Source: Guillardia theta CCMP2712
Lineage: Eukaryota; Protista; Cryptophyta
NCBI RefSeq assembly: GCF_000315625.1
Contig: NW_005434561.1
Span: 124,001-188,000, forward strand
Direction: 5' to 3'
DNA: 64,000 nucleotides
In this document: positions 1-12,793 of the stretch, piece by piece
How positions within the stretch are numbered: position 1 is the stretch's first letter
Layout of the letters: the number at the start of each line of letters is the position of its first letter
Notes under the pieces: model-generated
Told to the model about the DNA's origin: nothing
Seen by the model: only the letters and a program-made list of their open reading frames with translations
Database searches by the model: none
Translations under genes and position numbers: made by a program

Positions 1-12
1 TAGTCTGCTGAG

Positions 13-748
13 ATGGAAGGGGCTGTGGAAACCTCTTTCAAACCGCGCAAACACCACCCGTACCTTCACCTTGTTGAAGATATGATCTCCGACACGTTGA
101 CGGTACTTGGAGTAATCATGTATCTATTGGACTCAATCAGACTCACGATTTCCTCGCACCCTTTGCCCTCCTCCTCCTCCTCCTCTCTCTCTCTCTCGCT
201 CTCTCTCGCTCTCCTCTATCGTCGTTGTCTTCTTCAACCTTCCCGTCCTCGTCCTCCTCTTCCACCCGTCCCCTTCTTCCTCCTCATTCCCCCAGCCTCC
301 TCTTCTTCCTCCTCCTCCTCCTCAGCTCATGCATTACTGGGCAGGCTGTTGACACTCCCACGGGTGAGCAGGTCCGACCATTTTCCTCGGGATCGTGTGA
401 TAATGCAGCTGGTTACAAGAGTCACTTGCCAGAAGCATCCTACCTCTCCTACCTTGTTGTTCTCATCTCTTGTGATCACCACATTGCCCAGACAAGGCGT
501 CTGATGCGTCTTATCAGGTTTGATCTGCTCGATCCTTTCCCAGCAGCCGCCATGCCCGGTTGCAGTTGGAAGTGACGTACCTTGTTTCCGCATGCGCATC
601 GTTTAGCGAGGCTGTTCTTTCCTTTCGGCTTCCTCTTGAAGATTCTGGACAGCAAGTGATTCAGCAGCAACTCTCTTGCAGCAGTGCAGCAGCTCTCTTT
701 CTCTCTCCCTCAACACTCCCATAACCCTTCTCCTCTCTCTGGTTCGGT

Positions 749-785
<37 letters not shown>

Positions 786-1716
786 TTATTCACTCACGAT
801 AGTCCTCGCTTCTCGGTCTCTCTCGACGTCAACAGCCTTCCAGTCTCCTCATCAAGCACACGCCTGTCGTTGAACAGCCTTAGCAACATGCAGGAGAAAA
901 GAGACATGGGGGAGGGAAAGCAATACACGGAATGAAGAGGTATGTGAAATGAAAGAGGCATATGAAATGTAAGAGGATCGGAAAGTGAGAGAGGTATATG
1001 AAGGGAAATGAAAGAGTATGTGGAGGATAGATGGTATGCGCAAGGGGAGATCTGTCTCACTTGATTCTGCCGAAGGTTTCTAGCGACATAGGCTCGGGAT
1101 AAATCATATCTCCATCCTCCCCATATTGAACCTGCAAAGGGCATAGAGCCTGAGGAGCCCCGGACGAGAGAGGAAGAAGAGGAGAAGAGACGCATACAGG
1201 CTCAGGAGGGTAGACATCCGGGTCCAATGATTTCCTCACTTCCTCCATGACACTAACTGCGACACTTGTTGAGACTGCATGTCCGACGACGAAATCAAAC
1301 CTTGTGTGACGTTGAAATAGTAGGGGTCGTCGTCGTCGTAAAGCTCGATCGGCCGCGCCGGCACGTTTATTTTGAACTCTGAATCTGAGTCCAAGTATCC
1401 TCCTCGAAGTCTGAGCAGAGGATAGGATGGATCTGCCGCGAAAGTCATGAATGCGCCGATGTTGTGTTGAGTTACCTGGCTGCATCCCCAACATGTGCCC
1501 ACCAGGGCTCCTGCATATCCTGCCCGTGTTCGTGCGAGCACTTGGTCTGAGAGGAAGGAGGTCAGAGGAAAGCAAGATACGTGTCCGACATGCTGATACG
1601 TCAGGAGCGATGAGTTCTCCACGTTGATGCATAGATGCAAGGAGACTATGCAGATCAGGGCCAGGCGATGGCTCCACATGCCGCTCCTCATGATCGCAGG
1701 AGACATCCGTCTCCAT
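13..1716 (-). CDS. Probable multi-exon host gene of unknown function (fragments; boundaries uncertain, may extend beyond window)
   Basis: Minus-strand ORF pieces (1236-1706, 1057-1150, 476-670) separated by GT..AG-bounded, pyrimidine-rich spacers; no recognisable domain. Confidence 0.3.
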
Positions 1717-2347
1717 CAGCTATGGCAGCAGACCGCTGCGAGATCAGTCATGATCTTCTGTCTCTTACCGCATGACCCTCCTCTCCTCCTCTCTTTTCCT
1801 CCCCTTCATCACAGGGCGCATTGCGGCCGATCGCATCGGACCATTCTGAGGCGGGCTGATGTTCCAGATGAAATGTGAGGGTGGGTGTTCAAATATAGGA
1901 CAGGGGTGGGGGGGGGGGTTGTTTTTCGAAAGCGCTCAATGCGCGGAGACCGATGAAGAGGAGGGGCAAGAAAGGGAGGGAGGAGGAGAGGAGAGAGAAG
2001 AGGAGAGGAGGAAGAAGTCAGGAAGAGACAAGAAGGACCAGGGATCGTGGGACCTTGCAACAGGAACACGAGAAGATAGGACAAGAAGTGAGATGATGGT
2101 AGGGGTGGGAGAGATGGGGTAGTGATGAAAGGTAGAGCCAGGTTCCTCTTAGGCCCTGTAGACCCTGAGAGGATGTAGGGAGAGGGAGCCAACTAAGATC
2201 GTTCGTTTCTGACTTTCGCTATCAGGATGAAAGATCCCAAGATGACATTGGTTTGAGTGAAGGTCAGAACTACCCTGCAGCCCTCGTAGTCTAAAACCTT
2301 GACAGTCTCATCGGCATGCGCGCAAGCCCACTGGGAGAGAAGTAGAC

Positions 2348-5300
2348 ATGAGCAGGGCGCAGGACCAGCAGGATGAGGGCGACGAGGAGCTCGACTCGCT
2401 CTCAGAGCTCAAGATCGGAGTAAGAAATCACCGAGCCTTGCCTGTCTGGCTCAGCGACAAAGGTACCCGAGGCTCAACTGTGTGGGAGCTTGACTCGTCT
2501 CCTGCAGAGAAAGGAGGAGAGGTCAAGTCGCACAGAGGGCAGTATGGTGAAGGCGGTGCAGCAAGCAGAAGTACAGCGTTCAAGCATTCCGACCATGACG
2601 CGTTGGAGGAATTCAGGAGCAACCGGCAAGGGGTCTCGAAGCAAACAATCAGATTCTCTGACGATGTCAACGCTAAACATTCCGGCAAGAGCTCTTCAAC
2701 ACAGTACAACCCAGCGAGTGTGTATCGGAGCAAGAGAAGCGCCAAGACTACGCAGAAAGATGTAAATAGAAGTGCCCGACGAACTCAGAACTGGACTTCT
2801 GACTCTGAAGCTAAGATGCGGCAAAGAGACATGGTAACTCTGTTGGCCTTGTACCATCTCCTTCGTCTCCCTTGACGTTTGTGAGCAGGTCCAGGACTCG
2901 TGGGACTCTCTGACCTTCTTTGCCAACCGTCATGCAGGGCGCATAGCTCCATCGGCGCTGAGAAGTACAAACGCCAAGACGAGGCGCAAAGGTAGTTGGG
3001 AGATGGAATGAAGATCGAACGTGATGCGTCTGTGCAGGGGATAGCAACTTTACGTCAGACCTGAACCTCAAGAGCCGTCTGGACTTGACCAACAGACTGG
3101 GAAGTGCTCCGGTAGAAGGCAGGACCGAGGAGGATGGGGAGAACCTGCTATCGCCATCGAGGCAGACCGCCTCCTCCCACGGCTTCAAGGAGAAGCTGTG
3201 CTTCAGGGCTGACCCCTCTCCCTTCCACATCCCTCTGCTCCCAAGCGGGCGCCACCTGAAGTTTGACATCCTCAGTACTTGGGGCGACGTCCACTACGTC
3301 GGGCTGTCCGGCATCGAGATCTTCGACAAGGCCGGAAACCCCGTCAAGATCGACCCCAGCTCGATCTCAGCAGACCCGCCCGACATCAACATCATGCCGG
3401 GATATGGCGATGATCCGCGGACGGTGGACAAACTCATCGACGGGGTCAACAGGACGTGCGACGACATGCATGTTTGGCTGGCCCCCTTCACCGCCGGCCG
3501 CCATCACTACATCTTCATCGACCTGAGCTGCTCCTTCGTAGTCTCCATGATCCGCGTGTGGAACTACAACAAGAGTCGTATCCACTCCTACCGCGGGGCG
3601 AGATACGTCGAGATCCACCTGGACGAGAACCCCATCTTCAAGGGGGAGATACAGAAAGCTCCTGGCTGCCTCCGGGTACGCATCCCCTCCCCGGCCCCCG
3701 GGCGACTGAGAGTTTTGTATCCCAGGGGTCGGAGGAGAACGCGGAGAATATTCTCTTCACCATGGACGAGAGCGTTCTCTGCGCTATCGAACAGCACGAC
3801 GCCAACGACATCAACATGAACCCCCAGACGACTGAGGTGAGCCAGACAAGGAGGGGGAGGGGGAGTGGGAATCAGGACAAGTAGATGAAGGAGCAGGAGC
3901 AGGAGCAGGAGCAGGGGGGGTGAGATGGGCTGCGGAGGAAGAGGAGGAGCAGCAGGAGCACATGGGTTGGGGGTGGGCGGGGAGGGAGGAGTGACGGGGG
4001 GACAGGTGCATGTCGAGGAGAGCAACCTGAAAGACTTGGAGCGTCCGAAGACGGCAAGTGGGCGCAAGAATGAGGCAAAACAGGAGCAGGGGCACGGCAT
4101 GAAGGAGCAGGTCCTGCCGAGTGAGACGGAGAGCGTCGAGATCTCTGGCCCGACCAAGCGCCTTCCTCCTCAGGTCGGTTGGCAGGTGCCCTACTGGGGC
4201 CCAGCTGATCTGGTGCAGGTCGTTGTGACCGAGTCGGGAGACATCGAGGAGGAGGAGATGATCGTCACTCCTCCCATCCCCTCCAGGATTGCGCAGGATG
4301 GATCCGATCCCTTCATGCGCATGGACCGAAGGCCGTTGGGTCTGGATGGGCGGCCGATGACGGGGATGGTGGAGATGGGGAAGCTGCAGGGAAACTCCTC
4401 CTCGTTCCCTTCTTCCTTCTCCAGCGACCTGCTGCCCTCCAGCCCGACGACGATCAGCGGCAGGGTGAGCTGAGGGAGGAGGGAGGAGGAAGAAGTCGTG
4501 TTGAGCTCTGTCTCTGCAGAATTTGACGCTCGTGCTGCACTCCAACTGGGGAGACTCGGAGACTTTGGGCCTCTGCGGTCAAACTTTGTGGTGCCTTGAC
4601 GGGTGGAACTGACGCTGTCAGCAGGTCTAGACATCATCTTGCAGGATGACAGCAAGCTGAGGGTGAGCTTGGAAAATCATTGCCCTGGTCATCAGCGAGC
4701 TCGTTCTTACAGCATGCAGGTTAACGCATCCATGATCCTAGTGACGTGCGAGGGAGCTGATGGTGGCCATGAAGCTGCTTGCCTCGGTCCGTTTCGCTTC
4801 CTCCCCTCTGCTCCTCGTCACCTTCCTGCCAGACTCGACGTATGCCGCCTCCCTCTTCATGGGCCCGCACGAGCTCAAGGGCGAGGAGGAGATGTGGGTT
4901 GTTCCCCACTACCCCTACGTCAAGTATCGTATCAACATCGACATGGGTGAGCCTCGCCTCCTCAAGCATTTCTGTGTGTGGAACTACAACGGGAGTATCG
5001 AGAACACGTATAGAGGTGACGCCTGACTTCTCCTCCTCCTCTTCCTCCTCCTCCTCCTGCGCCTCTCTTTCTCTTCCTCCTCCTCCTCCTCATCCTCCTC
5101 CTCCTCATCCTCGCTGCCCCTCTCCAGACCTCTACCTTCGCATGCCCTTCCTTGTCACACAGTCTCCTCATCTCCCTGGGACGCAGGCGTCAAGAGGATG
5201 TCGATCGTGCTGGACAACAGGTCGCTGTCTCCCCCTGCTGGGCACCTGGTCAGGAAGGTAAGGGGCTCCAACCGGAAATCTCCGTCAGGTCCCTCACCTT

Positions 5301-6823
5301 CCTCCCCGCAGGCTCCTGGGCCAACTCGCATCAGCATCGACTTCTCGCAGAAGATTTGCCTTACATCCCTCGGGGAGCGGATCGGAACCCCGCAGATTTT
5401 CCGAGGAAGCAGCTCGATCATAACGCCAGAAGGCTACGTGATGGTAAGACGTGTGAAGACCCTGCAGACTCGTCCTCCATTCCTCCTTCTTTCCTTCTTC
5501 TGCCCTCCTTACTCCCTCTGGACTCCTTTCCTCTGCTCTCCTTTCTTCTACCCTTCTTGCTTGCTTTGCTCTTCTTCCCTGCTCTCCTCCTCAAGACCCG
5601 TCCTGTTTTGTTGCTCTCTTCCTGCGATACTCTCCATGTCGTTTCACTACCTCCGTTTGTGCGGAAGCTTGCTTTCCAACTCAGAGGTGATCCCTGCAGC
5701 AAGAATACGAACCGCCGACGCTGCCGTCAGGCTTCATTTTCAAGGTGTCCCTCCTCCTCTCAGAGCGAGTTTGCTTACCTTGACACCAGTTCTCCCTCAT
5801 CTCTACATGGGACGATCGATTCTACATCGGCCTTAACGGTATACAGCTATACGATCAGTTTGACAACCTCGTCCCCGTGAGTTTCTCATGTTGTCAAAGA
5901 CTCTTCAAGCTGAAACTGCTGCCCACCAGGTTCACCCCAGGAACCTCAAGGTTGTCTGCACTGAAGGAGTCACTTCCATCGCTGAGCTGCCAGACTGTGT
6001 GGGGGACCCTCGCACGGCAGAGAAGGTTTTCCTGCTCCTGCTCCTGCTTCTGCTTCTGCTCCACCACCACCACCACCTCCTCCTCCTCCACCTCATCCAC
6101 CACCACCCGCTCGTCCTGCTCCTCACTTGTTTTAGATCATCGACGGAGTTAACGACACCAATGACGAATCGCATATGTGGCTTGCTCCCTTCAGGTGACG
6201 TGAAAGAAACAGGGAGGGCAGGCGTGTGAAGGAGGCGTGTAGGAGGGGAGAAACGAACAACATCTTCTTCATGTTCGACGAGCCGATCACTCTCTCCCTC
6301 ATCAAGATATGGAACTACCGCAAGGTCTTCTTTCAAAGTCTCAGGTCCTTCTGCTAACGTGAGGCTGCAGACGGTCGGGCGAGGCGTTAAAGAGTTCCTC
6401 CTCAGCATCGACGATGTAAGTTTGCTTCACTCGACTATCTCCCCTGTCTTCCCCTCCTTCTCTCTCCTCCCCTCCGCATCTCTCCTCTCCTCCTTGTCTG
6501 CCCTCCCGTCCTCCACTACTGTGCCTCCCACCTCCTGAGCCCCGCTGCAGACTTTGGTGTACAAGGGTCACTTGAGGAGGGCGACAGCAGCAGGGGAGGA
6601 CTCATGGCAGAGCATTCTCTTCACGCATGACAGGCACATCGTGAGCCGGGAGAGAGGTCACGTGTACGTACACTTCCAGGTCCTTGAACCGCAGCTGAGT
6701 CGCTCCCTGACTGTGCTGTAGGAGGAGCCTGACGAGCTGCTGTTCTTTGACGATGCGGAAGAGCAGGAGAAGGTCGAGGAGCAGGAGTCGCGTCCTAGGA
6801 CCAGCTTTCTGCCATCCAAGTAG
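2348..6823 (+). CDS. KATNIP: Katanin-interacting protein (KATNIP/KIAA0556, DUF4457 repeats), multi-exon ciliary protein
   Basis: Exon 3085-3675 encodes LKFDILSTWGDVHYVGLSGIEIFD...DPRTVDKLIDGVNRTCDDMHVWLAPF...IRVWNYNKSRIHSYRG. The motif recurs in later exons (VWNYNGSIENTYRG, STWDDRFYIGLNG, DPRTAEK, IWNYRK). Stop TAG at 6821-6823. Confidence 0.85.
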
Positions 6824-6899
6824 GTTTCACACGGCGGGAAGGGAGAGGGCGAAAGTGATTTATTCTGTACATTATCAAACATCAAGTGTTGTCATCGGT

Positions 6900-7696
6900 G
6901 CTCCATGTCGAGGCTCTCATCATTCTCGTCCTGCTCCTACATCAGAGACAGGTCACACTCTCGCTCCTCTCACCCACACGTCCTTCAGCTGCATCTTCAT
7001 GAACTTGAGGCTCTGCAGAAACTATCAGAGCCCTGCGGGTGAACAGGCGGCACATGTTACATGAAACTCAACTTTGCTTCGCAAGCTCTGGCGGAAGAAC
7101 AACATCTTCTTCATATCTTTCTTCTGCGGCACAAGCCTCGGCTGGCGATGTAGCTGCAAGCACAGTCAGAACGGCCTCACTCCACACCTTCATTCCCACT
7201 TCGTCTTTGTTCGCAGGCTGTCGCAAACCCACTGAAACGTACGGCTGACTTTCTCCCCTGCACAAGCAAGTCATGGAAGGAGAGGAAGCCGAGGGAAGAT
7301 ACAGCGCGAGTCTCATGAGCTGATCTGCTCTCTCCTTGTCCTGAAAGTGATCTCTGACCATCACTGAGTAGTGCAGCAGCGTTTGCACATCGTTCTGCCG
7401 CAAACGAAAGCATCGGATCATGCTGGGCTCTTCAGGGCCAAGACAACCAGCTCGCCTCACCTGATCTATCTCCAGCGCTTTCCTCCACTTCTCCTCCGCT
7501 TGGTCAAACTTCTTCCGCTTGTACCTACAACAAGTACAGCATCTCACATCATTGAAAGCACATCGAGCACATACATGTCGAGCCCCTCAGCAAACAGCTG
7601 CTGCAGCATGCTAGCTTGACCGTCCCGGCTTGTGCTCATCGAGAGGTTATTTGGCTCTCCCCCCCCTCCTCCTGTGACTTCTGCCGCTGCTGCCAT
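6900..7696 (-). CDS. Small TPR-like repeat protein, multi-exon
   Basis: Exons encode YKRKKFDQAEEKWRKALEIDQ / NDVQTLLHYSVMVRDHFQDKERADQLMRLA, a TPR-type pattern; ends approximate. Confidence 0.5.
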
Positions 7697-8400
7697 GCTG
7701 CTGCTCCGTCCACGTTTGCTGCTCCCCCCCGGCATGCAGTGCCGTACCGTAGTACGGTCCCGAAGTTGACGGACTGACGGCTGCGATGAGGCAGGCTCAC
7801 TAGACTAGTAGGTCCCGGCCCGCCCCCCGGCGTCAGCGGACTGTACCGACTCTCAGTCTTGGGCCCACCCGGTGACCGCCGGCCCGGCCCGGGCTCCGGG
7901 CCCCGCCGCCGGGGCCTGGTATTTAAAAAACATTGAGTGAAAAAGCTGTCATCCTATATCGGGGGGATTATGCGAGTCGGAGAGTAGGCCAGGAGCTGGA
8001 GAGGCAAGAAGAGAGAGGAGAGTGAAGGTGACGGCTGAGATAGGAAGAAATCTCGAAAATGTTTGCTGATATCCGAGCACTGGTTGATATGATCGAATCG
8101 AATGCCAAGAATCGAGGTGACATGCTCTCGAAAGATCTCAGATCTCTAGAAAACACAGCAGAGCAAGAGTCTGAATCGAGCCCAACGCTGGTGTTTTGAT
8201 TTGTATGTCTTGAACTCACTTTGGAGGATTTATCATCACTTGGAGATGACTTGAAGGCACAACGAGCGACGCATCATTATTTTTCTTTTACATTATTCTT
8301 AAAAGATAGTTGACAAACATCTTAATGAAACACTTGCAATGAATCCATGACCATTGACCATTGTCTTCTTCAACGCTTCCATTTATTCAGCGAGACATAC

Positions 8401-10175
8401 CTAGCGGGTCGAAAGACCCAGCAGGGTTGTAATAGTCCTTAGGAAGCGCTTTCTTATCCATTTCCTGGACAGGGGTGTTATCTGTAACTTTCAAGGTCAC
8501 AGCAAGATCCCTCACCTCCTTGTCCCCTGCACCCTCGACCACCTCAATCTCGTAGATCTATAGAGCCCGTCATCTCATCGACTGATAAGTGGGTTGTAGA
8601 TGCCATACCTTGGTCCACATTTTTCCGGTCACGAACAAACGATCCTCCACCTTATGTATGCAAAAGTCAGACCCGGCTCTATGATCCGGCTCTATGGAGA
8701 TGCTCAAAGTGACCTCGTCATATGCGATGCCGTTGAGACAACGATCTGATCTAGTCCACTTCTGCTCTCGCAAGTCAGTAAAGCTCAGCCACGGAGGAGG
8801 CGCATCCTAACCTGAATCCAAGGGTCGCTCTCGTCCAGCATCCCCTTCAAGTCTATGAACCTCTCCACGATACCTTATCAAACTTCCGTCACAACTCTAA
8901 CGCTTCCAAGCATAAGTGATAGAGATAACACAGATCGGTGGCAAGCGACTTAACAAGGATACGTAAGTCTGCATAAACAGGTACGGGACACATAACTTGA
9001 TCGGAAAAATAGGGTCGCATAGCACAAGAATGGTTAGCAGAGATAGTGCAGATCGAGACAGGTCACGGGGTTTGATTGGGATGGTAGCAGAGCAAGCACC
9101 TGTGTCAGGGTTGATCACTGCAATTCTGTCTGCCTCCCAGATGTTTGAGAAGACTTTCCCCTTCACCCACTGCAGGTCGTTTAATCGTCGGAGCGGGGTC
9201 ATCTCGCCCGATCGCTTAGCCAGGTATCGGACCGTCATCTTGCGCGTCTCCTTCAACGTCTCAGCGTCGTGGAAGTAGAGAGTGGCCGATCCATCCGACA
9301 TTATGAGCTCCTTTCCGTTGTTAGTCAGGCCCCAGCCCTCGTGGTCGTAATGGAAGTCATCCAGGAGCTCCAAAGTGTCCTTGTCGTATACAAAGCCAAC
9401 GTTGGACCGCCAGGTGAGCTGGTACAGCTTGTTGCCCAGCACGGTGATGCCTTCCCCGAAGTGTCTTGTAGGAAGAGACCTGTACTGCAGCACCTTGCCG
9501 GTCTCAAGGTCCATCTTGAAAATCCTAGTTCCGTGCGAGAAACTCGGGCCTCCGCTTCCTTCGTACCAGACCTTCTCCCCGTGCACCCACTCAACGCCCT
9601 GCGTAAAGCTCTCCTTCACATGCTGATATTCCCTCACCACCCGGAAACTGTCCACACAGTCAATGATAAGCGGCAACAGCATCTATCTCGCTCACCCATC
9701 GACAGGAGGAGCATCTAGCTGGCGCGGTCCCTTCTTCGCCTCAGAAGCTTCCAGGTTTGCCATGATGATGGGATCGGATTTCGGTTCCTGGAAGACGCCT
9801 CAAGTCACGACGAGAGAAGCCACCAACCGTTGCTCTCACCAAAACCTGCGTGAAGGCCTGCCCAATCTTGCCAAAGAACCCCCCATCTTGTTGCGGCTGT
9901 GAACGAACAACACCCTTGCGAGCTTGCAGCGCCTGATATTCAGCCTCCCATGCTTCAATACTCGATGGACCCTGATCATTGCTCGTCATTCTGAAAGGAG
10001 CTCGATAGCTCCTTTTCCCCCAACTGCACGAAGCTTGTTCGGATCCGAACGGCATGAAGCGTTTGTGCTGCATGCCATGCGTGCTTGGGGTTGGCGACCA
10101 TGCATAGGAGCATTGCATGACTGCAGCAAAGCAAAGGAAGGGGGGAGCCAATCTCCTGTAGATGGACGACAACAT
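8401..10175 (-). CDS. Glutaminyl cyclase (plant/bacterial beta-propeller type, glutamine cyclotransferase) with N-terminal targeting presequence, multi-exon
   Basis: Family motifs FTQG, FGEGIT, LYQLTW, EGWGLT, LIMSDGS, LNDLQ, CLNGIAYD, LFVTGKMW. Exons can be spliced in frame from ATG 10175 (MLSSIYRR..) via AFTQ/EPKSD..PVDG/FRVVRE to stop at 8401-8403. Confidence 0.85.
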
Positions 10176-10745
10176 TCTGATCGATAGCAAAGACTCAGGT
10201 GTTCCTCAACCCTGCAACATCAAACATTCAGAACGACATATTTCCCCTCCTGTCCTTCCTCTTTCCCTCTCATCTCGCTTCATCCCTCTTGCTCTCAGCC
10301 TCCCGGAAAGAAACGATTTATTACATGCGACACATATTTGTGACGACATAGGCGGTTCCCTAACAATACATTGCTGTCCTCTAAGCCCGCGACCGAAATT
10401 GTACAATGATTGGCGGGGCGGGCCCGTCACAGTATGAAACGAGCCGCCCGGCGCGCCGGCCCGGGCCCGGGCCGCGGCGCCCACTGAGTGCCGACCGCCG
10501 CCCCGCCGGGCACGGCGGGATCACTAGTTACTCCGGGGCCGTGGCCGTTGTCCAGGCAGCGGCCACTGCAGTGAGAGTCACTCAGCGTCAACTCATAGTC
10601 TCTGAAGTTGACAGTTGCAGGTTGTAACCATATCTCAATCCGAGCCCCGTGCAACGGTCAGCTGGCCGCATGACAATCGCTAGTCACGTGACTCTGACAG
10701 CATCAGCGGTTATAGAATTAGATCTCATTCACATTTTTACTTCTA

Positions 10746-12030
10746 CGACTTTACAGGCAAATCCCTTGCTGACATATATCCGTCCTAGGGTACGGTCAGC
10801 AGGTCACAGGCCTCCCTCCTCTATATTTCATCGCTAGGGCTTCCCTTCCGCTCACGACTTCCCTGCGCCCTCCCCTCAGCACGTCTCCTTCCTCTGGTCT
10901 CTCCGGCTCCGTTTGACTCCCTGTGTTGCATCTTGTTGGCTGGGTCTCTAGCTTACGGCTCGAGTCTGTCTCCACATCAAGCGCTATGTCCTCCTCTACC
11001 CCCCTCTCCTCCTTCCTCTCGTTCTTCGGCACTGGCGCTTTGGTGTCCGTAGTCCCTACTCATCATAACCTTCCCCCATCCTTCCCTGTCGACCTGCCCC
11101 CTCTGTCCTGCCTCCCGTCCTCCCCGAGCCAGGTCTCCCCTTCCCCACCTCTCCCTCTCCCTCACTCCCCGTCCTCCAAGGGCTTCTTCTTTCCGTTGGT
11201 CAGCACGGCCTCTCCGTCGTTCTCATGCTCCCAGAAAGCGCTACGGCTGAGCTACAGGCAGCTGATGAGCGCGCATCGGGCAACAGCTCATGGCAGCTGC
11301 AGATCGGGCCACCATACACCCTCGAGCCCCTCGAGCCCTCAGAGCCGGGCGCCCAGGACGAGGCTACGGAGCAGTGGAAGGAGCTGAAGCACAACTACGC
11401 TCGGTCGTTCTAGTAGGAGGCACCGATGGCATCTTTGTGAGAGGCCGCTTATGGCACCATACAAGACTTCTGGAGGGAAAGCCGATGGAACGTGTTTGGT
11501 CTGTTTGTTTTCAATCCGCTGCCAATTCCTACTTTCGTTGCCTAGGTTCTATGCAGCTTTGTTTGAGCTTAGCTTTGCTTGAGCTTAGCTTTGCTTGAGC
11601 TTAGCTTTGTTTGAGCTTAGCTTTGTTTGAGCTTAGCTTTGCTTGAGCTTAGCTTTGCTTGAGCTTAGCTTTGCTTGAGCTTAGCTTTGCTTGAGCTTAG
11701 CTTTGATTTTTTTTCGATTGATCATTATTAAACCTTCTTTGCTTTTTGATTACAATCCGGCCAATGTTTGTTTGCGTGAGTTTTCCTTGAGTGGATCAGG
11801 GGATGTTGGATCTTGGTTTACACGCCTCTTTCAAGAAATCCATCACCGTGACAGCAAGGGATCTCATGACTTCGGATGACTGCGAGAAGAAGAAGAGCAT
11901 TCAATCGCTGCCAGTCCTCGGTGAGGGTATTCATTCATTCTTTCTCAATACCGTTCACTCGTTTAACACTGACTGAATAGCAAGGAGAGCGATGAAGCCC
12001 GCAGAACCGCCTCAGAGAGAGATCACCGAT
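10746..12030. repeat. Segmental duplicate copy A (uninterrupted 'empty' copy of the PLV insertion locus)
   Basis: Near-identical to 12177-12793 joined to 35671-36259. Confidence 0.95.
11555..11706. repeat. 16-bp minisatellite (GAGCTTAGCTTTGYTT)n, about 9 copies; about 4 copies in the duplicate at 35864-35934
   Basis: Directly visible tandem array. Confidence 0.9.
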
Positions 12031-12176
12031 CATTTAACTTTTTGTCAGCAGGCGCAATTGGACTGGAGATGTTTTTGTTTTTTTAACGCTAGCCACGTGA
12101 CTCTGTCACAGTGTGACCATGTCGACCACAAGGAACGCTATCGGTACGTTAGGGCATAGTTTTCTGAATCAGCACT

Positions 12177-12793
12177 CGACTTTACAGGCAAATCCCTTGC
12201 TGACATATATCCGTCCTAGGGTACGGTCAGCAGGTCACAGGCCTCCCTCCTCTATATTTCATCGCTAGGGCTTCCCTTCCGCTCACGACTTCCCTGCGCC
12301 CTCCCCTCAGCACGTCTCCTTCCTCTGGTCTCTCCGGCTCCGTTTGACTCCCTGTGTTGCATCTTGTTGGCTGGGTCTCTAGCTTACGGCTCGAGTCTGT
12401 CTCCACATCAAGCGCTATGTCCTCCTCTACCCCCCTCTCCTCCTTCCTCTCGTTCTTCGGCACTGGCGCTTTGGTGTCCGTAGTCCCTACTCATCATAAC
12501 CTTCCCCCATCCTTCCCTGTCGACCTGCCCCCTCTGTCCTGCCTCCCGTCCTCCCCGAGCCAGGTCTCCCCTTCCCCACCTCTCCCTCTCCCTCACTCCC
12601 CGTCCTCCAAGGGCTTCTTCTTTCCGTTGGTCAGCACGGCCTCTCCGTCGTTCTCATGCTCCCAGAAAGCGCTACGGCTGAGCTACAGGCAGCTGATGAG
12701 CGCGCATCGGGCAACAGCTCATGGCAGCTGCAGATCGGGCCACCATACACCCTCGAGCCCCTCGAGCCCTCAGAGCCGGGCGCCCAGGACGAG
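12177..12793. repeat. Segmental duplicate copy B, left part (interrupted by the PLV)
   Basis: Matches 10746-11362 up to ...CCAGGACGAG, where viral TIR sequence takes over. Confidence 0.95.
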
